DNA of 24,944 bases from a virus. Lineage: Duplodnaviria > Caudoviricetes. Positions 9,014-18,453 of the stretch are shown one piece after another. The notes below the pieces were generated by a model, which was not told the DNA's origin, did no database searches, and was given only the letters and a program-made list of their open reading frames with translations. The stretch lies in IMG/VR virus record IMGVR_UViG_3300048599_000817, positions 1 through 24,944 of that record. One strand, written 5' to 3'. Made by a program: the position numbers and the translations under genes. The stretch's first letter is position 1, and every line of letters starts with the position of its first letter.

Positions 9014-9580
9014 TTAGAGGCAAGCGAGTTTCAGTTTGTATTCGAGGGTCTTGAGCATCGATGGGTCGAAGTCAGACCATGCTTTCATCGAGCGTATGGC
9101 AACGCTGGTGTCGGGATAGGCAGGCGTGCTGACTACGCTGACTTCGATCAAATCCACGTCGGTCAGTTCGCGAACCACGCCATCGGCGCTGCGATTCCAG
9201 TTGTCTTTCACGGTGTTGAACCGGAACGACATGCCCGAATAGTTCTTCAAGCGGACGTTCTCAACCAGATCACGACCGACCGTCGTGTTCGGCGCGGTCA
9301 GTTCAATGGCGAGACCACGCTCGTCTTCGGTAATCTTTAGCGTGCCAGCAGTAGTGCGACCGACGAGCATCAGGTCATTGTGTTCGACCAGTGCCCGCAC
9401 ATCAGGATTGTCAGTCAGCGAACGGGTGAAGGTGCCTGGGCGAATCACTTCACGAAACCCGCCAAGGTCGTGGCTCAGCGCGTTGTAGACAACGGCATAG
9501 CCCGTGATGCGGGTCGGCGCGCCATCTTCGCTGCGGATTTCTAGGTTCGGCGTGGACAGGTAACGTACTTCGGTTTTCAA
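9014..9580 (-). CDS. HK97-family prohead protease
   Basis: GYAVVYN, FREVI.PG.F, EH, GMSFRF, EVSVVSTPAYPDT. Confidence 0.96.
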   Translation of the reverse strand: MKTEVRYLSTPNLEIRSEDGAPTRITGYAVVYNALSHDLGGFREVIRPGTFTRSLTDNPDVRALVEHNDLMLVGRTTAGTLKITEDERGLAIELTAPNTTVGRDLVENVRLKNYSGMSFRFNTVKDNWNRSADGVVRELTDVDLIEVSVVSTPAYPDTSVAIRSMKAWSDFDPSMLKTLEYKLKLACL

Positions 9581-11115
9581 AGGGCAATCCCCAAGATGTC
9601 GTTGGCGGTGTCGGTGGCGCTGGATTCCCAGCGCGTGATAGTTGCTTCGATGTCGCTGGTCTTGAGTTCTTCGCGGAGCTTGGCGACATGGCGACGGGCG
9701 ATAGGTCCGGCTGCGAGCGTGTCGTCATTCGACAGACAGCGAATTGCGCCGATGGCCGGGGTAATGGCTTGCGTGAACAGTGGCTCATAGTCGTCAAGCT
9801 CACGCTGCATTCGTTGCTCGAAGTCGGGTTGCTTGGCCGCTTGTCGCGCGGTGGCAGCGATTCGGCGGGACATCCGACCGAGCACATCGGTCAAAAGATT
9901 GCGCTGCACGTCGATGTTCGGGGCTGGCGCTGTTGGCTCGGTGGTCATGTTCAGCGGGGTGAGAAACGCATCGCCACCTTCGATGGGCGGCAGGTTTTCA
10001 CGGCGGCGCACTTCGTTGCGCGACATGAACCCCGTATTGATGGCCGATGTGTAAGCGGCATAACGGGTCGTAAGGTCGGCACGAAGTAGCGCTTCGCGCA
10101 CGAACTCGACGAAATGGGATTCCGTTTGCTTTTCTTGTTCCGTCAGCAACTTGTCAAAGCATTCGGTCTCAAACGTCAGTAGCCACGGGTCGAGTGAGTT
10201 GTCGAGATATGACTGATTCTCAATTTCGAGGCTGGCGTACGATGTTCGGTCACCGCTGCCCACTTTGTGAGGGGGCAAGTTGAACCAACTGGCGACTTCG
10301 GACTTCTGAAATTCGCGGGTGCCAAGGAACTGGGCAGTCTCAGGCGGGATGGTCAGTGGCGTGAACTTCGCACCCTCTTGCAGCAGAATCGTGCGGTGAG
10401 CGTTCGTCAGCCCTTGGTGTTTCTCTTCAAATTCGCTTTGCAGATTGTTCGCGGCTTGCTCTTTTAATCGTCCGGGATAGGTGATGACACCCGAAGCGAC
10501 AGAGCCATTGCCGAAGAACTTGGTGCCGAAGCGTTCCGCAGCCAGACCAAGCGCCAGGCTTTCGCGAGCCAGGTCAATCATCGACAGGCCGGTGATGCCA
10601 TCGTGCGACAGGCCACGAATGTGGAGCACATCTTCCGGGCGCAAGACACGCGACTCGTTGCCGATCTTCGTCTGATACCGAAGTTCGCCGTTGACGCGAA
10701 TGGGCTTTGTGCGGTCAGGCAGAAGGAGAGTTAGTTCGAGCGGCTTCGCGGCGTTGTCCCGCACGATGAATGCGTAGCCGTTCCCCCAAAGGAGAACGTG
10801 CTGCATCAGGGTCTTCAGCAGCATGAACGATGTCAGATTCGAGTTCGACTTGCGGCGCAGCAGATAGCTTGCCGGGTGAAGCGACTCGCGTTCGCGGCCA
10901 CCATCCGGGGTGCGGCGGTAAATGTGCAGTGGCAACTTGGCCACGTCGTTCGCTAGCACATTGACCGCTTGCCAAACTGCGGCAATGTTAAGCGCGGTGT
11001 GCGGATTGATCGCGAGGCCGGAGTCAGTCAATCCGCTGGTGAAAGCGACCGAGAGGGGCTTGGCCGGATTCTCAAGCGAGCGGGTTTGGAATAACCAATC
11101 AAAGAACACGAACAC
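9577..11115 (-). CDS. Portal protein, HK97 family
   Basis: VAKLPL, LLWGNGY, VLHIR, FNLPPH, NEVRRRENLPP; about 110-aa C-terminal extension. Confidence 0.96.
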   Translation of the reverse strand: MFVFFDWLFQTRSLENPAKPLSVAFTSGLTDSGLAINPHTALNIAAVWQAVNVLANDVAKLPLHIYRRTPDGGRERESLHPASYLLRRKSNSNLTSFMLLKTLMQHVLLWGNGYAFIVRDNAAKPLELTLLLPDRTKPIRVNGELRYQTKIGNESRVLRPEDVLHIRGLSHDGITGLSMIDLARESLALGLAAERFGTKFFGNGSVASGVITYPGRLKEQAANNLQSEFEEKHQGLTNAHRTILLQEGAKFTPLTIPPETAQFLGTREFQKSEVASWFNLPPHKVGSGDRTSYASLEIENQSYLDNSLDPWLLTFETECFDKLLTEQEKQTESHFVEFVREALLRADLTTRYAAYTSAINTGFMSRNEVRRRENLPPIEGGDAFLTPLNMTTEPTAPAPNIDVQRNLLTDVLGRMSRRIAATARQAAKQPDFEQRMQRELDDYEPLFTQAITPAIGAIRCLSNDDTLAAGPIARRHVAKLREELKTSDIEATITRWESSATDTANDILGIAL

Positions 11116-12739
11116 CCCCAGGTGAGTCGTAAACGGAATGCGTAGATGGCTGCGAGATTGCAGCGGACAGCGCCATTACTGCGGCCACGATGCCATCGAC
11201 CTTGCGATAGTCGTGGGCTTTCGGCTTGACGGGGCGCTTGTTCTGATTCGAGTCGGTGGTCACGGATGCGTGGCCAGCTTGCCAGTTCAGAACGGGATGG
11301 TCGGGATGGATCAGCTTGCCGCTGATGACCAGCCGCTCGAAGTCGGCGGTTGGCGAGGCGAAGTTCGACCACGTTTGCGCGAATGCCATTCGCGGGATGC
11401 CGTGATTCTCTTCGAGACGCTGCGTCAGTTCTTCCGCATAGACACGGTCGAACACGATGCCTTGCAGATTGAACCGGCTGTTGATGTCGATGATGCGCCG
11501 CTCGATGTAGCTGTAATCCACCACGTTGCCGGGCGTCAGTTCGATGAATCCGGTCTTGGCCCAGTCGAGATAGGGCGCTAGATGGTTCTTTGACTTGGCT
11601 TCGTCTTCTGGCAACCAGAAGTAGGGCAGCACGCGGAACTCGTCGTCACCGGGAAACGCCAGCACGGCGGCAGTCGTGTCGCTGGTCTTGCTCAGGTCGA
11701 GACCTAAGAAGCACGGCTCGCCTTGCAGGTCAGCAGCGCTGAATGGTTTGGCGCACTGCTTCCAATGCTCTTGGCGAAGCCACGGGTTGGAGGCTTGTGC
11801 CCAGATATTGAGCCGATAGGTCTTGAACGTGGTCAGATCGGTGAGCGAGTTCTTCGAGGCGTGGTAGTCGTCGAGAAACTCACCGGGCTTCACCGTGTGT
11901 CCCCAAGCCGGATTGGCCATGCGGCCAAACTTCTCAGGGTCGGCGGCTAACTCTTCATCGGATAAGTCTTGCGGGGCGTGATAGGACAGGAAGAGAAAGC
12001 GTTCGTCGGTGAACTCACCAGACTCGACGCTTCGCCCATAATCCCAACGCTGCTTTCCGTAGCCATCTGAGTTGCGGCCAGCGGTTGATACTTCGATGTG
12101 CAACGGTTCGGAACGGGAGATCCCCGCGCCCTTAATGACCTTGGCCAGTTCGCCGGAAACGACATGGCATTCATCGACTAGGCAGGAACCGTTGCGACCT
12201 TCCTGACCGGTGATGTTGTCACCGGAGATAATCGAATAGGTGGAGCGCGTGGCGGCGTGCGTGATGCGGAGCGTGCTTTTGTTGATCGTGCATTCGGCAT
12301 TCAGGGCCGGTGAAGAACGGACCATTTCCACAGCGTGCGTGTGGGCGATCTTGGCTTGCTCACCATCTTTGGCGACAGAGTAGATTTTCTGGCCCTGCTC
12401 ACCATCGGCGCATAATAGGTAGAGTCCCCACCACGCAAGGGTCGGCGACTTCTTGTTCTTCTTAGGAACCCAGATGCCAGCTTTGCGAAAGCGGCGAACC
12501 GTGCGTCCCCAGTCGTGATCGTGGCGCACCCAGCCGAACATCCGCATCGTGGCTTCGATTTGCCAATCGCTCGGAATCAGTGGCTTGCCAGCGTCGTCAC
12601 CTTCGTACAAACAAAGGAAGTTCTGAGCGAAGTCGATTACGTGTTGCGCCCGCGCCTCATCGAACCAGCAGCCATTGGCGGCTGCGCGTTCATCGGACTC
12701 ATTCCGAATCCAGGACTTGGTTAGAGCGTCGATCTTCAT
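11099..12739 (-). CDS. terL: Terminase large subunit
   Basis: Walker A-like VPKKNKKS, Walker B LVDECH, STAG, nuclease GLDLS..D and KVDGIVA. Confidence 0.96.
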   Translation of the reverse strand: MKIDALTKSWIRNESDERAAANGCWFDEARAQHVIDFAQNFLCLYEGDDAGKPLIPSDWQIEATMRMFGWVRHDHDWGRTVRRFRKAGIWVPKKNKKSPTLAWWGLYLLCADGEQGQKIYSVAKDGEQAKIAHTHAVEMVRSSPALNAECTINKSTLRITHAATRSTYSIISGDNITGQEGRNGSCLVDECHVVSGELAKVIKGAGISRSEPLHIEVSTAGRNSDGYGKQRWDYGRSVESGEFTDERFLFLSYHAPQDLSDEELAADPEKFGRMANPAWGHTVKPGEFLDDYHASKNSLTDLTTFKTYRLNIWAQASNPWLRQEHWKQCAKPFSAADLQGEPCFLGLDLSKTSDTTAAVLAFPGDDEFRVLPYFWLPEDEAKSKNHLAPYLDWAKTGFIELTPGNVVDYSYIERRIIDINSRFNLQGIVFDRVYAEELTQRLEENHGIPRMAFAQTWSNFASPTADFERLVISGKLIHPDHPVLNWQAGHASVTTDSNQNKRPVKPKAHDYRKVDGIVAAVMALSAAISQPSTHSVYDSPGGVRVL

Positions 12740-13187
12740 TGCGGTTGCGTGCGAATCCTGACAGTCCGTTGTCTTTGCGTGGCTCGGAGAGACAGAGCCG
12801 CGCGCGGTCTGATGGATTCAGGCCGAACTTGCTGGCAGTCGTGGAGAAGTTTTTGAAAGCAGCGCCTGCGAGGATTTGCAGGCGGTAGTATTCGGTGCTG
12901 GTGATGTCGGCGACTTGATCTAGCGCGCGACTGGCGGCGCGGTAACGGGCAAACCAATCGCAGAGCGCGCCAAGTTCGGCAGCGTCAACACTGGTGGCCA
13001 CGCCACGGTTGGCCAGGGCGGGGACTATCGACTTCCACAATGCTTGTGCGTCTGGACTGAGCCAGTCCGGTATCTGCGGTGCGCCCGCTGGAATCCAGAC
13101 TTCTGATGGTTCGCCGTGGCGGTCACGGCGGAATTTGTCTTCGAGGATCAGATCAGCGGTAGGCTTTCGGGGGCGTCCGCGTGTCAT
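12699..13187 (-). CDS. terS: Terminase small subunit, P27 family
   Basis: GRPRKPT N-terminus, P.WLS..A...W, FGLNPSDRARL. Confidence 0.92.
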   Translation of the reverse strand: MTRGRPRKPTADLILEDKFRRDRHGEPSEVWIPAGAPQIPDWLSPDAQALWKSIVPALANRGVATSVDAAELGALCDWFARYRAASRALDQVADITSTEYYRLQILAGAAFKNFSTTASKFGLNPSDRARLCLSEPRKDNGLSGFARNRNEDRRSNQVLDSE

Positions 13188-13196
13188 GCTCGGCTC

Positions 13197-13568
13197 CTAA
13201 AACGCTGGAGCCAACGTCCGCACCCGATAGTATTCAAAGAACGGCGCGCCGGTCACGGGCGTGAATTTGATTTTGAAGAGATAGCTGGCGTTGGGCTCGG
13301 GCGTCTCAGCGGCAATGGTTGGATAGGCCACGTTGAACCCCAAGCGATCCTTGGGCCAGCGGCCATCGACTTGCAGACTGTTGAAGACCACATCGGCCAC
13401 GGTGGGTGTGCTTGTCGAAATGAGTTCGTTCGTCGCTTCATCTACGACGCGCACCGTGATTGATGCGATGTCCGATTGAACTGCCCAGTTGCCTGCCCGG
13501 TTCTTGATACGGGAGAGGACATAGAAGCCGGTCGTGGGAACGACAGGTTCAAGGTCTACGATTTGCAT
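13197..13568 (-). CDS. Hypothetical protein, possibly an Ig-like virion component
   Basis: 123 aa beta-rich ORF tightly packed in the operon. Confidence 0.7.
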   Translation of the reverse strand: MQIVDLEPVVPTTGFYVLSRIKNRAGNWAVQSDIASITVRVVDEATNELISTSTPTVADVVFNSLQVDGRWPKDRLGFNVAYPTIAAETPEPNASYLFKIKFTPVTGAPFFEYYRVRTLAPAF

Positions 13569-13828
13569 GGCGTTGTTCCCGGAACGAAGGAATCGGCTGC
13601 GTCAGACGACGCGAATAGATACGTGGCGCGGGAGCCAGGTACAAACGAGAGGGACAGCGTCGTGAATGTGAAGAGTTCGGATGCGACTGCGCCGGGCACG
13701 AACTGCCAATGAGCATCACATTTGAAAGAGCCACCGACGTGCGGCAGGCTTGCGCCGATGACCAGAATCAACTGATCGGCCAGCGGGTCGAGTATCAGGT
13801 GGCTGGCTTGCGAATCGAGAATCAGCAT
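13556..13828 (-). CDS. Hypothetical protein with three FVPG repeats
   Basis: 90 aa, overlaps both neighbours, fills the operon gap. Confidence 0.55.
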   Translation of the reverse strand: MLILDSQASHLILDPLADQLILVIGASLPHVGGSFKCDAHWQFVPGAVASELFTFTTLSLSFVPGSRATYLFASSDAADSFVPGTTPCKS

Positions 13829-14493
13829 TCGAGCGGCTCCACCATTCGCAAGTGTTCGGCTGCTGCGGGGGAGTTCGTCAGTGCTAAGCCGGTGCCTTCG
13901 TACAGTCCCGGTTCAGGACTAACGCGACCGATCAGCGGCCAGTATTCGATGAGATTGGCAGGCTGAATCTGAGTGGGCTTCATCCCCTTGGCGAGAAGTG
14001 CCACTTCGGCATCAGAGAGAGCGACATTCCAGATAGCCGCTTCGGCGATGCGTCCGGCGAAATAGCCAGGATAAGTGCCGGTGGTCGTCTGTGAGCAACC
14101 GATGTTGACGGTGCTCATATCGTTGACAGGACGTGAACTGCTGTCAGTTCCCTTGCCAGCGCCGTTTAGAAAGACAGCGCGGGCGCTGGTGCCGGAATAA
14201 ACAGCGCAGATATGCTGCCATGAGTTCGCCACGTAGCCCGTTGATGTGGAGGCAAAGGACGACGTGCCAGCGGAGTTTACCGTGGTGCAGCGGATTGGGT
14301 CGCCCGCCAAAGCACCGTGAACATTCAGAGTCAGGCGGCTCTGGTCAGATGCCCCGGCTACGCCGACTTGCATCACCGTCAGTGATGCGGTGACGTTGTC
14401 GGGATACATCCAGCAGGCCATCGTCAGCGGCACGTTTACAGCGGCCATCGTGCCTTCAAGCCGCTGTGTGGAACCATTGAAGTCACGGGCCAT
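13822..14493 (-). CDS. LamG/concanavalin A-like jelly-roll protein
   Basis: TMACW, WQHICAVY, VFLNG, FAGRIAEAAIWNVALSDAEV. Confidence 0.88.
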   Translation of the reverse strand: MARDFNGSTQRLEGTMAAVNVPLTMACWMYPDNVTASLTVMQVGVAGASDQSRLTLNVHGALAGDPIRCTTVNSAGTSSFASTSTGYVANSWQHICAVYSGTSARAVFLNGAGKGTDSSSRPVNDMSTVNIGCSQTTTGTYPGYFAGRIAEAAIWNVALSDAEVALLAKGMKPTQIQPANLIEYWPLIGRVSPEPGLYEGTGLALTNSPAAAEHLRMVEPLEC

Positions 14494-15617
14494 TAGGTTT
14501 CCTTCGCATATAACCCGTGCAATTCCGCATCGCCCGTCATGTTGTCATTCACATGAGAGGCATTGCGCCGCACGCGGACAATGGCCACTTCGCCTTCGGC
14601 CAGATCATCCATATCGGAGCCGTGCGTGAAGGTGACCGTGGCGTAAGCCAGCGAGCCATTCGTGGCCGGTGCGGTGGAATCAACGTCGTTGAAGTCATAG
14701 GTGTGACTGACATCCAGGTCATCACTGCCAGCGGCAAGGCGACGAATCGCGATGCCCCAGCGCGTGGTGCCGCTGGTCGCGGAAGTCGCCGACCACGGGA
14801 TGGTGAAGGTGAGCCCGCCACCCTGATAGCCAGACAGGCGGCACATGAAATCCATGTACTCGATGCTGCTCGCGTCGAAGTCGTACACCTGAACCGACTC
14901 GGCAGGGCTACTTGCGCCGGTGCGAATGTCGGTGGTGGCGTACGAACTGCCGGGCGGGACTGCCCGGAAGAACTCGACATTTCCCTTTACCGAGATACTG
15001 TCGATGTCGCCCTGCAACTCAGCCAGTGCAGCGTTCAGTTCGGTGGCAGCCAGATTGCCGCTGGCCGCTGTGGTGATCGTGTTGTTCGCGGCGACGATGG
15101 TTTTGTTCGTTAGCGTCTGGCTATTGGTCGTGCCTACCACCGCGCCAGTTGCACCGTGAGCGGCAGTCAGTGCGGCGTGGGTGCTCGTCGTGCCAGCAGC
15201 CTCAAACGCGGTGGCATCGTAGCCATCGAGATAGTCGGCATTCAGGTTGACGACCTTGGTGGTACTGGCGACCGTGAAGGGCATCGTGCCAGCGGCCACC
15301 GTTGAGATAAAGCGAGGCGACGTGACGCTGGTGGCGAACGTGGCAGCCGACCACACTTCAAACAGGGTAGCGCCCACGGCACTTTGTCCGAGAATCGAAC
15401 CATCGCCCATTAGCTGTAAGCGCATGTTCGCGTCAGCGTCATAGATGTTGATGCGACCGGGTGCGGTGGTGTCACCGTCGCCATACGCGCCGATGACAAT
15501 GCTTTGATTGCCCAGCGGGTTGGCAAACGTAGTGACGATGCCAGGGCCGACGTTCTCAACGTCGATAGGCTGCTCTGCCACCGCGCCGCTGTCGTGTCCA
15601 ATCAGGCGAGTGGTCAT
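14493..15617 (-). CDS. Fibre-like virion protein
   Basis: Phage fibre shaft motifs VVNLNADYLDGYDA and VVGTTNSQTLTNKT, followed by a globular C-terminal domain. Confidence 0.75.
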   Translation of the reverse strand: MTTRLIGHDSGAVAEQPIDVENVGPGIVTTFANPLGNQSIVIGAYGDGDTTAPGRINIYDADANMRLQLMGDGSILGQSAVGATLFEVWSAATFATSVTSPRFISTVAAGTMPFTVASTTKVVNLNADYLDGYDATAFEAAGTTSTHAALTAAHGATGAVVGTTNSQTLTNKTIVAANNTITTAASGNLAATELNAALAELQGDIDSISVKGNVEFFRAVPPGSSYATTDIRTGASSPAESVQVYDFDASSIEYMDFMCRLSGYQGGGLTFTIPWSATSATSGTTRWGIAIRRLAAGSDDLDVSHTYDFNDVDSTAPATNGSLAYATVTFTHGSDMDDLAEGEVAIVRVRRNASHVNDNMTGDAELHGLYAKET

Positions 15618-15626
15618 GGGCTACCT

Positions 15627-16136
15627 TTAGGCAAGAACGATGGGTTCGCCACGCTCGAAATTGAGTGCGGTCGTGGAGATAGCGACACCGATCTTCTGCA
15701 CCACTTTGCCTGCGCCCGATGGTGCGGAACTCACGGCAGCGCCAGCGGTTGAACCCGACAGGTACTGCTGACCGGGTGTTAGCCCGGAGCATTGCGTGTT
15801 GGTTCCCTCGAAGTAGACGGTCGCATTCGCCGAACTGGAAACAGCGGCCAGCACGAAGCCGTCAGCCGGTTTGCCAGCGGCAGTGCCATCAGCCTTGCGG
15901 ACATTGGCGGTGCCTGCGTTCGAGTAGACGTTCACAAAGTCGCCAGCCGAGAGGGCTTCCGACGCCAGGATAAGAGCAGTGTCAGCGCCGATGCCAACGG
16001 GCAAGACGCTTTCGTCAAGTCGCCCGGTGCTGTCGAGGGCGACGATGTCGCCCGCATTGCCAGCGCCAGCCGATGTGACGGTGGCTTCAGTTTCGGTGAG
16101 GGTGCCAGAGTTGTTCCGCAGAAATTTGTCAGCCAT
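15627..16136 (-). CDS. Putative capsid cement/fibre-base protein
   Basis: 169 aa Ala/Gly-rich; ASEALSAGDFV, ADGFV, GLTPG..YLS, VQKIGVA motifs. Confidence 0.75.
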   Translation of the reverse strand: MADKFLRNNSGTLTETEATVTSAGAGNAGDIVALDSTGRLDESVLPVGIGADTALILASEALSAGDFVNVYSNAGTANVRKADGTAAGKPADGFVLAAVSSSANATVYFEGTNTQCSGLTPGQQYLSGSTAGAAVSSAPSGAGKVVQKIGVAISTTALNFERGEPIVLA

Positions 16137-16144
16137 TGATGTCC

Positions 16145-16504
16145 TTAGAGCGCGATCGGCGCGTGAATGTCGATGAAGATGCTCGTCGCAGAATCAGCGA
16201 CGGCGATTTGCTGAAGCCAGCCAGTTGTCGGTGGCGTTTGCGTCAGGGTGCCATTGACGGCAACGAAGATGGGGCCGGGAATAAAACTAAATGAAGGCTC
16301 GGTCATCGGGCCGAAGACTTGGACGAGTGCGGTCTCACCGCTGGTAGTCGCGCCGACCGTGATCCCGCGAATGCAGCCCAGATGCTCAGGTGTGGTGTGT
16401 GAGCCATATACGGCAAGATTGTTGATGATGGCCACCGCGCGGTGGCCGCTGAGATTCTGACCGGCGACGGCTTCGACCATCGGGCCAGCAAGCCGTGTTG
16501 CCAT
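16145..16504 (-). CDS. Putative capsid cement-like protein, apparent paralogue of the downstream gene
   Basis: AGQNLSGHRAV...F.PGPIFV...G.LTQT.P...QQIAVA parallels the 169-aa neighbour. Confidence 0.72.
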   Translation of the reverse strand: MATRLAGPMVEAVAGQNLSGHRAVAIINNLAVYGSHTTPEHLGCIRGITVGATTSGETALVQVFGPMTEPSFSFIPGPIFVAVNGTLTQTPPTTGWLQQIAVADSATSIFIDIHAPIAL

Positions 16505-16822
16505 TTAGACTCCCACTTGCGCGAGCTTTTCGAGGTTCCCCAAGTGGTCGCCAGTCGAGACCGATTGGCCGGTGAGCAGCAGCTTGATTTGGTTCAAGCT
16601 GTTGATGACGTTGGCCATTTCAGTGCGCGAGAAGTGCAGCCCGTCGAGATTCCCGTCAGTGTCTTCGTTCAGATTGTCGGGCTTGGTTTCGTTGGCCCAG
16701 TCAATGGCGAAGGCGGTGTTCGATTGCAGAAAGCTGGTGATGCCGGTGAGCAGCGTCTTCGCTTCGGTGCTGAGTTCAGCAGCGAGCGTGGCAAGCTCTT
16801 GGACACGTTGGTAGTTGGTCAT
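16505..16822 (-). CDS. Hypothetical helical protein
   Basis: 105 aa, GAGG RBS, abuts the next gene. Confidence 0.75.
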   Translation of the reverse strand: MTNYQRVQELATLAAELSTEAKTLLTGITSFLQSNTAFAIDWANETKPDNLNEDTDGNLDGLHFSRTEMANVINSLNQIKLLLTGQSVSTGDHLGNLEKLAQVGV

Positions 16823-17034
16823 TCCATCCTCAAAAAATGGGGCTTGAAATTGCCCGCACGGTCGTTAGAAAAGATTGAAGTGATTCGTGATCGTGAAGGC
16901 CCCAGCGATACTGCACGATGCTCTTGCTGGCAGCGCTTCACCGAATCATTGGCCCAGGCCAGCGCTGAGCGGTGCCGACGACAAGTCGCGTGAGGGAGCA
17001 GGGAACGATTCAAAATCGGCACCGCTACGGCGTC

Positions 17035-17673
17035 TTATGCCGCAAGGGCGGAGAGTGATTCGATTCGTTTGACAGCGGTGTCGAAATGCTTGGCATCTTT
17101 CTCGATGCCGATGTAGCGGTAGCCCAGTTCAATGGCCGCTTGCGCCACGGGCGCTGAACCCATGAATGGGTCGAAGATCGTTGAGCCCGGTTTGAGCTTT
17201 AGCCGTTCGATGCACCATCGCATCAGCGCGACGGGCTTCTGAGTCGGGTGGATGGTCTTGCCACGCTCTGACTCGCGGTCGAATCCGTTTCATACATGAT
17301 GGAATAGGTAGCTACCGTGGCCACCTTTCTGCCATGCGACTTCGCAGTCAGACATGAACTTGCCAAGTTGATTCTCCCTGCGCTTGCACCAAACGAGCCA
17401 GGTGCCCATCGGCAACCGGTCGCTGAAACAGTTCGCGCCCCAGAGAATCACCTTCTTAAATCGCATGAATGGCGATGGGTCGAAGGGCTCATCGTCACCG
17501 GCAATTGGTGTCTCGAAGTTGCAGTGATCGGATAGGCCACCGGTGAAGCGTTTGTAGTTCGTGTTGTGAGCGATGCCGTAGGGTGGGTCAGTGACAACCG
17601 CATCGGCGCTGACATCAAGCCAGTCCCGGCAATCGCCGTGGTGTAGCTCGATGCCGTGTGATTTCCAGTCCAT
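17035..17673 (-). pseudogene. N4/N6 DNA methyltransferase (beta class) interrupted by one in-frame TGA
   Basis: GDC, TDPPYG, then HHV-TGA(17290-17292)-NGFDRESERGKTIHPTQKPVALM...DPFMGS...GIE, all in one frame (212 codons). Confidence 0.88.
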
Positions 17674-17755
17674 TGGACCCTGCGACTTTTGACAAAAAAT
17701 GTGCTTCCGATGGGCACGGTCTAGCGGCTTTAGGCATGGTCAAATTTTGACCACC

Positions 17756-18037
17756 CTACCCACCGTGCGCAGTCTTCACGTTATGGCATCGCGCACAGAG
17801 CGCTTGCCAGTTCGATTGATTCCAGAAGAGTGCGTAGCAGCCACGGTGTGGCGTGATGTGATCGACGACGACTGCTGCGGTTGCGATTCCGAGTGACTGG
17901 CACTCGACGCAGAGCGGATGCTGTCGAAGGAATTGGATGCGGGCAGCGCGCCAGCGGTGATCGTATCCACGCCGAAAAGAACTGAGTCGCGACTCGTGGC
18001 GCGGCTGAGTTCTCAACGGCTTCGCGGCGTGCGGCAC
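17756..18037 (-). CDS. HNH endonuclease (terminase-associated, HK97 gp74-like)
   Basis: RGYD.RW, PLCVEC, VDHITPHRG, NWQALCARCHNVKT; probable GTG start at 18037. Confidence 0.93.
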   Translation of the reverse strand: MPHAAKPLRTQPRHESRLSSFRRGYDHRWRAARIQFLRQHPLCVECQSLGIATAAVVVDHITPHRGCYALFWNQSNWQALCARCHNVKTAHGG

Positions 18038-18070
18038 TACTGCTACCATGTCACATGTGAACAAATGCTA

Positions 18071-18100
18071 TTGACGCTGGCACAGCGGGTGGTATAGAAT
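18071..18100 (+). promoter_or_regulatory. Sigma70-like promoter for the DUF2188 gene
   Basis: TTGACG-N18-TAGAAT. Confidence 0.55.
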
Positions 18101-18178
18101 CACCACACTGGCCGCTACCCCTAGCGGATGTTCCGCTTGAGGGCACGGCAGACTGGCTTCTGAAACGGAGAATAAGCC

Positions 18179-18415
18179 ATGTCCAAGAAGAATGATCGGA
18201 CCGTGTACCAACATCCCGATGGCTGGGCCAACAAGCGCAATGATGCGTCTCGTCCTGCGACCGTTCGCCCAACGCAAGCTGCTGCCGAAGCAGATGCAAA
18301 GCGAATGACTCACGCAGCCGGTGGCGGTGAGGTTACTGTTCAGGGGCGTGACGGCAAGTTCCGAAATAAGGACACCGTCTCACCAGCGAAAGACCCCTTC
18401 CCGCCCAAGGGGTAA
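18179..18415 (+). CDS. DUF2188-family protein (moron)
   Basis: GW......R......TQ..A...A.......GE...GRDG.......DPFPPKG pattern; GGAG RBS; opposite strand to the late operon. Confidence 0.88.
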   Translation: MSKKNDRTVYQHPDGWANKRNDASRPATVRPTQAAAEADAKRMTHAAGGGEVTVQGRDGKFRNKDTVSPAKDPFPPKG

Positions 18416-18453
18416 AGAGCATTGATGCTCTAAAGGTCGATGAAGAATCGCGG

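Noticed and set aside
16819-17022. 67-aa ORF in the MTase-appendage gap
   Set aside because: Weak start and unprotein-like composition; nested inverted repeats fit an RNA structure better, though not excluded
227-17072. Many plus-strand ORFs of 60-233 aa
   Set aside because: Antisense shadows of well-supported minus-strand genes in GC-rich DNA, with no motifs
17290-17292. Genome-wide TGA-to-Trp recoding
   Set aside because: TGA is a real stop in ATGA couplings (6056-6059, 18731-18734, 20549-20552) and Trp uses TGG in the same gene
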